A stretch of DNA of 32,000 nt, taken from positions 325,190 through 357,189 of the forward strand of contig NZ_JHUX01000004.1 in the NCBI RefSeq assembly GCF_000619845.1, written 5' to 3'. The notes beneath the pieces are model-generated. The model made no database searches. It was not told the DNA's origin and saw only the letters and a list, made by a program, of their open reading frames with translations. This document shows, one piece after another, positions 1 to 8,507 of this stretch (positions are counted from its first letter, which is position 1; each line of letters opens with the position of its first letter). This DNA is from Alkanindiges illinoisensis DSM 15370. GTDB taxonomy: Bacteria > Pseudomonadota > Gammaproteobacteria > Pseudomonadales > Moraxellaceae. A program made the translations under genes and the position numbers.

Positions 1-207
1 CGCCTGCCGGAACAGGAAAACCTCAGCTTTGGCTGCACGTGCTCGCGTGAGCGCTGTGAACAGGCTTTGCGTCAGGTGGGACAGGAAACCGTACAGGAAC
101 TGCTGGCTGAGCAAAATGAAATCAAGATGGACTGCCAGTTTTGCAATGCGCAGTACCGTTTTGGCCCGGAACAGGCGCTGGGCCTGTTTGGCATTCATGT
201 CAGCTAA
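1..207 (+). CDS. hslO: Hsp33 redox-regulated chaperone, C-terminal fragment (5' end outside window)
   Basis: Frame 1 is open from base 1 to TAA at 205-207 and reads ...SFGCTCSRERCEQALRQV...IKMDCQFCNAQYRFGPEQ... This is the CxC...CxxC zinc/redox switch of Hsp33. It is missing from the ORF track because it has no in-window start. Track ORF 29..214 is in the wrong frame. Confidence 0.85.
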   Translation, partial: RLPEQENLSFGCTCSRERCEQALRQVGQETVQELLAEQNEIKMDCQFCNAQYRFGPEQALGLFGIHVS

Positions 208-242
208 TAGTTGACCGCACCTGCCACCCTGTTTTTATCCAT

Positions 243-272
243 AAAAAAGCTCAGAACATTCTGAGCTTTTTA
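243..272. terminator. Bidirectional rho-independent terminator between convergent hslO and the DUF945 gene
   Basis: aaaaAGCTCAGaacattCTGAGCTtttt: a perfect stem flanked by an A-run and a T-run. Confidence 0.7.
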
Positions 273-287
273 CTTTTTAACAATCCA

Positions 288-1682
288 TTACTCGGCAGCA
301 GACAGCATGCTTTCTGATTTATGCGTTTCAGGTGCCGGAGTGGCTGAAAGCTCACCTTCTGCTGTGCGATTACCCAGTGGCTTGCCATTGATATTGGGCT
401 GTCCATCGCTTAAGGCAAAAGTGGCCTGATAGCCTGTCGCGGTTTTGGTAAAGTAACCTTGCTCCAGCATGCCCTGCATGAGCATTTGCACGGTTTGGGC
501 TGCTTCTGCCGGACTGATCGGCTGACCTTTGAGCTGGTTAACCTGCTCAAAAATACCGCTCAGTAACTGGTCAGAAACCTGCACTTTGCCATTGGCCATG
601 ACTTTTTTCAGAATATGCTGTGGTGACTGCTGGGATGCTGCTGCAATCGGCTGCATCACAATCAGTGCATTGGCTTGTGCCTTGCCCTTGAACAAATTCA
701 GGTCTGCCTGGCTTAAATTCACCTGAAAACCTTCCTTAAGCACAGGTTCAAGTGCCTTTAACATATCCTGAGCCGATGGATTGCACTGGCGTTGCAGGCG
801 GTTAAAGGCCACATAACTTTGCTGGGCAGCCTGTACCGGAATATGGCCCAGTGACAAATTGGCCTTAAAGTTGCCAATATTTTTCTCACCCAGCAGGATT
901 TTATCAATCTTGTAGCTGGCTTCTGCTGACAGCATATCCTTGTTGACCTGATTCTTGCTGCTCAGCTTAACATCACGCAAGCCCCATTGCTGCTGCGCCA
1001 GATTGGCCTGCATGCTGTCCAGTGAAAATGTGGTACTGCCCAGTGGCAATCTGGATTGCCCTGATTTTTGCTCGCCCTGATAACGCAGGTCATCAAAAGA
1101 AATACTGCCGCTATTGGAGGCCAGATTCTTAACCAGTAACTTGGGCGCCCTGATATCAAATTTTACTTTGTTGGATGGTGATAATTTAAGGCTGCCCTGC
1201 ATGCCCTGCCAGTTGACCTGAACTGTTTTGCCTTGCCATTGCGCTGCTGGACTGGTCAGCGTGGTAGTGATACTGCCCAGCACATTAACCCGTGAATGAA
1301 TGGTTAAGGGCTCCTGCCCCTTGAATACTTTGCGAATCTTGGCTTCTACACTATCAGGCCAGATAATATGGCTCTCAATACTGGCCCAGCCTAGCGACGG
1401 AATAAAACCATTGTGGATTTCATCATACCCAGTGAGCACCATGGCATTGTCAGGATGACAGGGATCAAGCGTCAGGCTAATTTCCCAGTTGGCGCGACTT
1501 TGTAAAAAGCCCTGCTTAAATGACGTGAGTTTAATACTGACCGGACTTAAGGTAGTGGCGTTAAATTTCTGGATAGTGTTCTGATAATAGGTTTCCATGT
1601 GCTGACTGCTATACCAGGTAGTTCCCAGCCAGCCTGCGCCTATGATCAGTACTGCACCTGCTACCGCGCTTGTTTTATTCAT
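288..1682 (-). CDS. YdgA-like / DUF945-family membrane-anchored protein
   Basis: 464 aa with a single N-terminal hydrophobic anchor (AVAGAVLIIGAGWLGTTWY) and a Q/N/K-rich extracytoplasmic body. The family was assigned from remembered architecture and was not searched. Confidence 0.5.
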   Translation of the reverse strand: MNKTSAVAGAVLIIGAGWLGTTWYSSQHMETYYQNTIQKFNATTLSPVSIKLTSFKQGFLQSRANWEISLTLDPCHPDNAMVLTGYDEIHNGFIPSLGWASIESHIIWPDSVEAKIRKVFKGQEPLTIHSRVNVLGSITTTLTSPAAQWQGKTVQVNWQGMQGSLKLSPSNKVKFDIRAPKLLVKNLASNSGSISFDDLRYQGEQKSGQSRLPLGSTTFSLDSMQANLAQQQWGLRDVKLSSKNQVNKDMLSAEASYKIDKILLGEKNIGNFKANLSLGHIPVQAAQQSYVAFNRLQRQCNPSAQDMLKALEPVLKEGFQVNLSQADLNLFKGKAQANALIVMQPIAAASQQSPQHILKKVMANGKVQVSDQLLSGIFEQVNQLKGQPISPAEAAQTVQMLMQGMLEQGYFTKTATGYQATFALSDGQPNINGKPLGNRTAEGELSATPAPETHKSESMLSAAE

Positions 1683-1817
1683 CGTTGCGAGATATCCGTA
1701 TTTAATCCTTTAGTTATGCGCAAATCATACCCAAGCTTTACGCTAAAAGCTGTAGCCGTCCGCAGTTCAGCTTAATTATTTTTCAAAATAAGCTGCTGAT
1801 TTACTGGCAGGTATATT

Positions 1818-2699
1818 TTAAAGCTTCTGGTCAATCAGGCTCACCAGATATTGTGCAGCCATGCCCAGCGTATGCTCACGTGACCATACCCAGTCTATGC
1901 ACAGGGGAAAACTATTGCTCAGGTTTTGTATTTCCAGAATATACAGTTGCCGGGTTTCCACATATGGTGCTACAAAACTGCGCGGTAAAATCGACCAGCC
2001 CAGACCTGTCAGGGTTAAATTCAATGCAGCAATATGGCTGTCCGTGCGCCAGTACACATGCGACCATAGCAAACGCGGTGCCTGATGGGGCTGCTCACGG
2101 CTGGCCACTACAATTTGCCGGGCAGTAACAAGCTGATCCAGATGAATCATCCCTTTTTGCTGCAATAAATCATGGCTGGGCGCAGCAACTGCTACCAGTT
2201 CCTCCTTAAAAACTTCCCGAAAACTTTCACGGCCATCAAACTCACTGCGCTCATACAACAAGGCCAGTTGCACCCGGCCCTCATGCAGCATTTGCATGGC
2301 ATCCTCATGTGGCGCGGTCATGATTTCAATATCCAACTCCGGAAAACGGGCTGCGACTGGCGCAATGTAATCCACCCAATGCATGGACAATAGTTCCGGT
2401 TCAATAGCAAGACTTAGCTTGCTTTCAAGTCCCTGTGATAGTGCCAATGCTTGCGCTTCCCACTGCTGCATTTGTTGTACCAGAAAGCGTGCCTGTGCGG
2501 CCAGAGCATGTGCCTGTGTAGTAGGAACAGGCTCACGCCCGCTACGCTCAAACAGATTCAGGTTAAGCTCTGCTTCCAGATTGGCAATTGCCATGCTTAC
2601 TGCCGAAGGAGCACGGTTTAAATAGCGCGCTGCGGCAGAAAATGAGCCTTTTTCCATAGCCGTTAAGAATACGGTTAACAGCTCCTTACTAACATTCAT
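1818..2699 (-). CDS. LysR-family transcriptional regulator (AceR-like by context)
   Basis: 293 aa. It has an N-terminal wHTH (SFSAAARYLNRAPSAVSMAIANLEAELNLNLFER) and a LysR substrate-binding domain. It is divergent from the PACE transporter gene. Confidence 0.85.
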   Translation of the reverse strand: MNVSKELLTVFLTAMEKGSFSAAARYLNRAPSAVSMAIANLEAELNLNLFERSGREPVPTTQAHALAAQARFLVQQMQQWEAQALALSQGLESKLSLAIEPELLSMHWVDYIAPVAARFPELDIEIMTAPHEDAMQMLHEGRVQLALLYERSEFDGRESFREVFKEELVAVAAPSHDLLQQKGMIHLDQLVTARQIVVASREQPHQAPRLLWSHVYWRTDSHIAALNLTLTGLGWSILPRSFVAPYVETRQLYILEIQNLSNSFPLCIDWVWSREHTLGMAAQYLVSLIDQKL

Positions 2700-2709
2700 G
2701 GGATCAACC

Positions 2710-2726
2710 TTTCAGCTTTTCTGAAA
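2710..2726. promoter_or_regulatory. Candidate LysR operator (T-N11-A type palindrome) in the divergent promoter region
   Basis: TTTCAG-ctttt-CTGAAA is a perfect 6-bp inverted repeat. It lies in the 94-bp spacer between the LysR gene and the PACE gene. Confidence 0.45.
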
Positions 2727-2793
2727 GTTAATCACTTTTTCTATCAAATAACACTATTTAAAATAGCACTTATGTTTTAACCATGAGGCAATT

Positions 2794-3243
2794 ATGCAAG
2801 GTCTAAAGCGGCGAGTGATTCAAGCCATCAGTTATGAAGCCATCTTGCTGAGCTTGTTTATTCCCATTGTGACACTGGTTTTTAAGCAAGCTGTCATGGA
2901 TAGCGCGGCGCTAGGTATGAGCCTGACTATCCTTGCCCTGCTGTGGAATATCATTTTTAACTATGGCTTTGAAAAATGGGAAGTACAGCAAGGCTGGTAT
3001 ACTCGGGGTCTTAAACAGCGTTTGCTACATGCTCTGGGTTTTGAGGGCGGCCTGCTGTTGCTGGGTGTGCCAGTCATTGCTTATTTTCTTGGGATCAGCC
3101 TGCTAAAGGCCATTATCGCCGACATTGGGTTTACTATAGTGATTATGATCTACACCTTTATATTTCAGTGGGCTTTTGACCGATTGTTTGGTGAACCCGA
3201 GCGCACATTTAGAAGGCCAAAATCACCACATCAACCAATATAA
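2794..3243 (+). CDS. PACE-family (AceI-like, bacterial transmembrane pair domain) efflux transporter
   Basis: 149 aa with four TM segments arranged as two BTP repeats. Each repeat starts with the family motif (RRVIQAISYEAILL and QRLLHALGFEGGLLL), including the TM1 glutamate. The protein is followed by FNYGFEKWE / FQWAFDRLF motifs. The divergent LysR neighbour matches the aceR-aceI arrangement. Confidence 0.8.
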   Translation: MQGLKRRVIQAISYEAILLSLFIPIVTLVFKQAVMDSAALGMSLTILALLWNIIFNYGFEKWEVQQGWYTRGLKQRLLHALGFEGGLLLLGVPVIAYFLGISLLKAIIADIGFTIVIMIYTFIFQWAFDRLFGEPERTFRRPKSPHQPI

Positions 3244-3423
3244 CTTTTATGTAGCCTGCCATCGGCATTGCCAGCGTTTTATGAATTGGACTGTTTTTGC
3301 TGTTTTAACTATATCCATGTAAATCGTCGTTTCCGGTACAGCATGCCATGAACCCTGCTGACTGATACGTTGATTATTCAAACAGACATAGCAGCCTGTC
3401 TGAATAAACCAGCTTTTTTTATG

Positions 3424-4683
3424 TTAACGCGTTGACCAGCCTGCGGGCGCATAACCCAGTCGAACCCGTTGCGGATGATTGCCCACTGGCACACTCAGCA
3501 TCTTGTTACCAGTCTCAAAATCGATGACGGTAACCACATCATTTGCACTCTCAGAAATCACACAGTACTTGCCATCCGGACTTTGGGTAGCCCAGTAGGG
3601 TTTTCCAGCACCAATAAGCTTGCCTGCCGTTAGCGTCTTACGGTCAACGATGGTGGCATAGTCATCCATGGTGCCTGCCACACATAGCTTTTCACCATTA
3701 CCACTAATGGATAAGCCATGATGGCGCGAATCATTCACCCACTTGCTGCGGTCAGATGGAATGGTGCTGCTACCCGGCAATTGCGCAATCCGCGTTACCT
3801 TATCCTGATTCAGATCGTACTCCACCAGCCCATTAAAAAATGAAACCTGTGCATACAGCTTGCTTTCATCTGGACTAAACACTACCGGCCGTACCGCATT
3901 GGACAAATCCTTGCGCCCTACTGCATCCAGTGCCGGACGAAAATCAATTTTTTTAATAATTTGATAGGTATTGGCATCGGCAATGGTAATAAAGCGCTTG
4001 CCCTTGGTGAAATCCTGCCAGGGCGCATCCAGTGAGGTTTCCACATTGCCAATTGCCGAATTCAAAATCCTGCTACCGCCATTAAAGAAAATGTTCTCAT
4101 GCGGCTTGTCGCCCGTGGCAAAACGACCCAGCTCCTTGCCCGTTTTAATGTCCAGAACCTGAACCACATTGCCGGATGAAGCAGACACTGCTACCCGCTT
4201 GCCATCAGGCGACACGGCCATATGATCAGCGCGGAAACCTTCTACTGGCGTGCGCCAGTTAATCTGCCCAGTCGCAATATTAATTGAAACCACATCGGCA
4301 AAACTGGGACGTGAGGCCACCACAGACTGGCCATCGGGTGTGGAATACATGTCATCAACCAGCTGGTCATTACCCTCGCCTGCTGTATTACGGATATATT
4401 GATAGGCAACCAGTTTGACCGGGTTTAGGTAGATTTCCCGCAACCGGGCTGTCCGGTCAGGCACCATATTAATGACGCCAATTCTGGCATAATCCTGAGA
4501 AGGACGAATCACCGTCACCGTGCCATCCCAGTTATTGCCCACAAAAAATACCTGCTGGCTATTGGGAGGTGTATTTAGATTAGAGGTAGCGGCCAAAGCA
4601 GCTTGACTACCCAGCAGTGCTAAGGCGCTTATGCCCAGCGTACTAATTAACTTGTTTTTTAAGCATGATTGATTGTATTTCAT
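3424..4683 (-). CDS. Secreted YncE/YVTN-type beta-propeller repeat protein
   Basis: Repeated SPDGK...V(A/I)... blades are present (SPDGKRVAVSASSGNVVQVLD, SPDESKLYAQV, SPDGKYCVISESANDVVTVID). I moved the start to ATG at 4681-4683 (MKYNQSCLKNKLISTLGISALALLGSQAALA), which gives a signal peptide. The track start at 4827 adds 48 implausible residues. Confidence 0.7.
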   Translation of the reverse strand: MKYNQSCLKNKLISTLGISALALLGSQAALAATSNLNTPPNSQQVFFVGNNWDGTVTVIRPSQDYARIGVINMVPDRTARLREIYLNPVKLVAYQYIRNTAGEGNDQLVDDMYSTPDGQSVVASRPSFADVVSINIATGQINWRTPVEGFRADHMAVSPDGKRVAVSASSGNVVQVLDIKTGKELGRFATGDKPHENIFFNGGSRILNSAIGNVETSLDAPWQDFTKGKRFITIADANTYQIIKKIDFRPALDAVGRKDLSNAVRPVVFSPDESKLYAQVSFFNGLVEYDLNQDKVTRIAQLPGSSTIPSDRSKWVNDSRHHGLSISGNGEKLCVAGTMDDYATIVDRKTLTAGKLIGAGKPYWATQSPDGKYCVISESANDVVTVIDFETGNKMLSVPVGNHPQRVRLGYAPAGWSTR

Positions 4684-5285
4684 ATAATTTTCCAGTTTCA
4701 GCTCCATGAAAACTGCCGAAAAATTATCATTAGGATATTTTTTAAACAATATACACTTGTCTAAAAAAGACTTTGGGTTACAAAAGCCAACACGTGAATT
4801 ATCAGAATTTTTAAAAGTTGTGATCATTGACGCCTTATGAGCAGCCTATAATCGTATAAGGTTTCTAAAGCAGCATAAGAAAATGATGTAAGTATGGGCG
4901 AATTATCTGGACGAGTTGAAAGCTGAACAAATCACTCAGCTTCCTAAAAAAGTAGGCAGCTTAGATGCCGAATTTTCCTGTTTGAATACATCTACTTCTT
5001 TAAACTGAGACAATCAAGTTGTTGACGCATTATAAAAATTATTTTTCTTATCAGGAAATTTTATTTGATTAAATTCTTAAATCCACTGATAACTACTAGT
5101 CTATTGTTATCCATATAAATAATGCTGTTTTTATTAACGATCTGACAGTACTAGTGTTAACGCTTGCAACCCTTGCACCGCAATGCTTTTGAAGTTGCCG
5201 CTGAAGGCTGCATGGTGTGTGAGCAATAAATATAGGCCGTGTGACCGTCCAACAGGAGCTGTACAGGGTGGTTACTACAGGGGAA

Positions 5286-5315
5286 TAAAAAGCTGGGCAA
5301 ATGCCCAGCTTTTTA
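5286..5315. terminator. Rho-independent terminator downstream of the MORN gene (bidirectional in form)
   Basis: aaaaAGCTGGGCAaatGCCCAGCTtttt: a 9-bp GC-rich stem with an A-run and a T-run. Confidence 0.75.
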
Positions 5316-5335
5316 TTCCCACCACACTACATAGG

Positions 5336-6109
5336 CTACCGTGAGTAATCAATAGAAGTAGGAATACCCTGCCAAGAAAGTTGAACATTAATAAGAGTAC
5401 CTTCTTCTGCAACCCTGCCATCTGGATAGATTACCTTACCTTGTGTTGTCATCTGCCCATTTACAAAATATCCTTCGTAAATTAACCCATCAGGTCGAGT
5501 ATATTTACCATATTTAGGACATTTATTTTCAAATGTACCTACGAAGAAGCTACCATCTGGCAGAATAACTTTTCCCTGTTGAAAATCACCCTCCTTAAAG
5601 AAGCCCTCATATCGAAATCCGTCAACTGTTACCAAAATACCTTCTCCTGTTGGAGCATTATCTAAAAAATCGCCTGTATAGACATCTCCATTTTTCAAAG
5701 TCAGCTTTCCTTTACTACTCTCTTTACTTATAGTGGTGTAGTTTTCATACATTGTTCCATCAACATCAATTATTTTTACAGGGTCTTTAAATTTATTATC
5801 TATGAACTCTGCAACAAATTTACTTCCATCAGATAACGTAATTATATTCTTTCCATTCATTTGACCTTTTGCAAAGCTCCCATTAACTAAGGCATACAAC
5901 TGCTCACCTTGATACCAAAGTAATATTCCACTTCCTGCTACATAACCATCTTTACAAGTTCCTGACCACTTCATCTCAGTAACTATAGAATCAATCTTTT
6001 TAGCTTTACAATTATTGCTACTATCAGCCAACCAACCCTCTTCAGCATACGCCTGTGTCATTATAATTAGATACAAAATAAAGCCCAAAATCCTTTTGAT
6101 ATCTTTCAT
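5336..6109 (-). CDS. Secreted MORN-repeat protein
   Basis: Signal peptide MKDIKRILGFILYLIIMTQAYA, then tandem Y-x-G-x-F-x-x-G-x-x-x-G-x-G MORN-like units (YTGDFLDNAPTGEGILV, YEGFFKEGDFQQGKVIL, FVGTFENKCPKYGKY, YEGYFVNGQMTTQGKVIY). The gene is AT-rich. Confidence 0.7.
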   Translation of the reverse strand: MKDIKRILGFILYLIIMTQAYAEEGWLADSSNNCKAKKIDSIVTEMKWSGTCKDGYVAGSGILLWYQGEQLYALVNGSFAKGQMNGKNIITLSDGSKFVAEFIDNKFKDPVKIIDVDGTMYENYTTISKESSKGKLTLKNGDVYTGDFLDNAPTGEGILVTVDGFRYEGFFKEGDFQQGKVILPDGSFFVGTFENKCPKYGKYTRPDGLIYEGYFVNGQMTTQGKVIYPDGRVAEEGTLINVQLSWQGIPTSIDYSR

Positions 6110-6412
6110 CTATGACTATTCCAATAATTGAATGCCTTATTAATCATGTCAGTTTTTTTATTAAATCCTGCTATAACCTTACCACAGACTCACAAATTAG
6201 TATTATGCTCAATAACCTCACAACAATAGGCTCATATGTGTTTTTTTACCTAATGTTGCCCTATAAGCTAACAATGGCACCTGTTTTGCTTCAAGGCTAC
6301 ACTTTTTAATTTTCTAATATTCCCTAAAAAAGCAGTAGGATATTCCTTTTATTGGTAAATTAAATTCCTTAAATTATTAATGGTATAAATAACTCGTGGC
6401 AATGAAGAGGCA

Positions 6413-6440
6413 TAAAAAAACCACGCTTTAACACGTGGTT
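6413..6440 (-). terminator. Rho-independent terminator downstream of the integrase remnant
   Basis: The minus strand reads AACCACGtgttaaagCGTGGTTTTTTTT. Confidence 0.6.
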
Positions 6441-6491
6441 CAGTTTCAGTCTAAAATACAATTCAGCCAATCTCACTCTACCGATATAGGC

Positions 6492-6853
6492 CTAACAAAG
6501 TAACTTGAGAGAATCCAGATAATCAGCCCAAGCCTGCATCATTTCTCGGCGCTTCACTAAATGCTTAGTGCAGTTATAGACATGGCCATGCATGTCTCGG
6601 ACTTGATGGACTAATTGCTGCTCAATGATTTCTATTGGGTATTTTAATACTTCTTCTAGGATGGTTCGGGCTGCGGCGCGAAAGCCATGACCACACACCT
6701 GCTCTGAGCTATACAGTCTAATCGCCATGTCTTGTTGTCCTGTGGATCAACTGATAAATATAAGCCACAACCATCAAAAAGTTTGATCGTTTTATCAGTT
6801 GCTTTGATGGTTCTAAGACGCGTATCAGTACGCGAGACAACGACTTTAAGCAT
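6492..6853 (-). pseudogene. Tyrosine recombinase (P4-type integrase) remnant with a large internal deletion
   Basis: Two overlapping ORFs lie in different frames. One holds the N-terminal DUF4102-like arm-binding segment (MLKVVVSRTDTRLRTIKATDKTIKLFDGCGLYLSVDPQDNKTWRL). The other holds the C-terminal catalytic end (HGFRAAARTILEE...QQLVHQVRDMHGHVYNCTKHLVKRREMMQAWADYLD, with the HxxR box and catalytic Tyr). About 280 aa of core are missing. The remnant lies next to the 3' end of tRNA-Arg. Confidence 0.8.
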
Positions 6854-7003
6854 TTTTACGATAAAAGCCTCATACCGCATCATATACTGCAAAAGAAGTT
6901 AGCTTACATTGGATAAGTTAGGTCAATATTAGACAATAAAGTTAAAAATTATTATATTTTTCAACGACTTTACTACCATTTTAGACTACTTTAGAAAAGT
7001 AGA

Positions 7004-7080
7004 TGGCGCGCCCAGAGAGATTCGAACTCCCGACCCCCAAGTTCGTAGCCTGGTGCTCTATCCAGCTGAGCTATGGGCGC
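7004..7080 (-). tRNA. tRNA-Arg (anticodon ACG)
   Basis: The reverse complement is GCGCCCATAGCTCAGCTGGATAGAGCACCAGGCTACGAACTTGGGGGTCGGGAGTTCGAATCTCTCTGGGCGCGCCA. It folds by eye into a full cloverleaf with loop CTACGAA and an encoded CCA. Confidence 0.9.
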
Positions 7081-7196
7081 GTCGTTTTGTGTCGCGCATT
7101 CTACAGTGCAGTTTGCGCCTCGTCAACTTCTTTTTAATTTTTGCTAACTATCTGTCGTTTTATTAAACACATCAAGTTTTGCAAACATTATAAAAG

Positions 7197-7287
7197 TGGC
7201 GGTGAGAGAGGGATTCGAACCCTCGATACCCATAACAGGTATGCGTCCTTAGCAGGGACGTGGTTTCAGCCACTCACCCATCTCACC
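7197..7287 (-). tRNA. tRNA-Ser (anticodon GCT), class II with a long variable arm
   Basis: The reverse complement is GGTGAGATGGGTGAGTGGCTGAAACCACGTCCCTGCTAAGGACGCATACCTGTTATGGGTATCGAGGGTTCGAATCCCTCTCTCACCGCCA. The anticodon loop is CTGCTAA. Confidence 0.9.
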
Positions 7288-7406
7288 GCAACGAGGTCGC
7301 CATATTACAAAAAGCTGGCCGCTTGAGCAAGCCCTCATTGATCAATATTCAGCCGCACTCAACATAAAACAATCATTAATGGCTAAATAAAGCACAACTT
7401 ATCGAT

Positions 7407-7655
7407 TTAAGGGGTAGTTTTGGCTTCCTGATTCACTTCATCCAGCAGCGCATCCGGATTTTCAACCTTAACGTCCTTATTTAAGCGCTCAATATATAGG
7501 TCATTTTCACTTTTATGTTTGTCACTAGCCTGTGCTTGCTGTACTGCAGGTGCATCGGTTGCCTTAATGGGTTCCTGTTTTTTATCACACCCTGTAAATG
7601 CCATGATTATAGTACCCACTAACAAACCCTGCCCTAAAATTTGCTTACTTATCAT
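7407..7655 (-). CDS. Small hypothetical lipoprotein
   Basis: 82 aa with a signal peptide and lipobox (LLVGTIIMAFTG-C). The mature part is acidic and lysine-rich. No family was recognised. Confidence 0.5.
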   Translation of the reverse strand: MISKQILGQGLLVGTIIMAFTGCDKKQEPIKATDAPAVQQAQASDKHKSENDLYIERLNKDVKVENPDALLDEVNQEAKTTP

Positions 7656-8161
7656 TTTTAAACCAACTCCATGAAAATTGAGATTGCATCTTGCAACATT
7701 ACCCTTATAAGCAGTTTTAGATCAGGCTAAACTGCTTGTTGACTATATCTTAACCTTGTTTGGGCAGACAGCTCAATTTTAAAACTACAAAAAATCACAA
7801 TTTAGTGAAGCACTTGGCAGAATTTCTTAGAAATATTGGCACATTTATCTATTGGGTGTATGCGTTTTTAATTGTCATCTTTTAAAGATAAATAACATGC
7901 TTATCACAAACACTTTATTGAGGCTGTATTAAGTAGCAATGATCTAAAAATATAATACTAAGCCTCACTGGCTTTTATTCAGCTTGGCCATAGGTTTAAT
8001 TTTTATCATTAACCAGCATAATTTTTTAATAAATAGGAATACTTAAGCCTCTAGCCTATAAATCGGTTATGCCTAAAATTGGCAGTAATAAACTTTGGCG
8101 CAACAAAAAAGCCTTGATGTATGGCATCAAGGCTTTTTGCAGATTCACTGGGAATCGAATT

Positions 8162-8246
8162 TGGTGCGGATGAGAGGACTTGAACCTCCACGTCTTGCGA
8201 CACTAATACCTGAAACTAGCGCGTCTACCAATTCCGCCACATCCGC
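8162..8246 (-). tRNA. tRNA-Leu (anticodon CAG)
   Basis: The reverse complement is GCGGATGTGGCGGAATTGGTAGACGCGCTAGTTTCAGGTATTAGTGTCGCAAGACGTGGAGGTTCAAGTCCTCTCATCCGCACCA. It is very close to the canonical gammaproteobacterial Leu-CAG. Confidence 0.9.
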
Positions 8247-8507
8247 ATGTAGTAGGTGCGTTATATTAGGAATAATTTAATGCATCGTCAAGTCACTCTG
8301 CTTAAAGCTTGAGCTAATAAGCAAGGGTTTGCCTTAAATTTAACCAAATCTTGCATTAAGAAGTTTAAACCCCATATAAAACCAGCTTGCACCTACAAAT
8401 TCAGCATGAATACAACAAACTGCAACTTGTCATCTTGAATTATCAATTTTAGTGTATGGTAGCAAGGTGAACTGATTTTCGTCATTAAAGCGTATAAAAG
8501 AGAACCT

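Noticed and set aside
29-214. Track ORF of 61 aa at the left edge
   Set aside because: It is in the wrong frame. Frame 1 over the same bases encodes a clean Hsp33 C-terminus with the CxC/CxxC motif, and the 61-aa product is Arg/Trp-rich nonsense.
4684-4827. N-terminal 48-aa extension of the beta-propeller ORF. Similar track extensions occur at pilA (28093-28176), ridA (14379), bfd (14912), bfr (15640) and the transposase (16381).
   Set aside because: In each case an internal ATG preceded by a GGAG/AGGAG-type RBS gives the canonical family N-terminus or a signal peptide. The extensions are AT-rich non-coding-looking sequence.
4684-4860. Possible Fur box upstream of the beta-propeller gene (AAATTATCATTAGG, GAATTATCAGAAT); E. 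coli yncE is Fur-regulated
   Set aside because: These are only partial hexamer matches in generally AT-rich DNA, well below the quality of the bfd Fur box. They are not supportable without a scoring matrix.
7141-7326. 61-aa ORF on the plus strand
   Set aside because: It overlaps the tRNA-Ser(GCT) gene on the opposite strand. The ORF is an artefact of reading through the tRNA complement.
8095-8280. 61-aa ORF on the plus strand
   Set aside because: It overlaps tRNA-Leu(CAG) on the opposite strand and has no RBS or protein-like composition.
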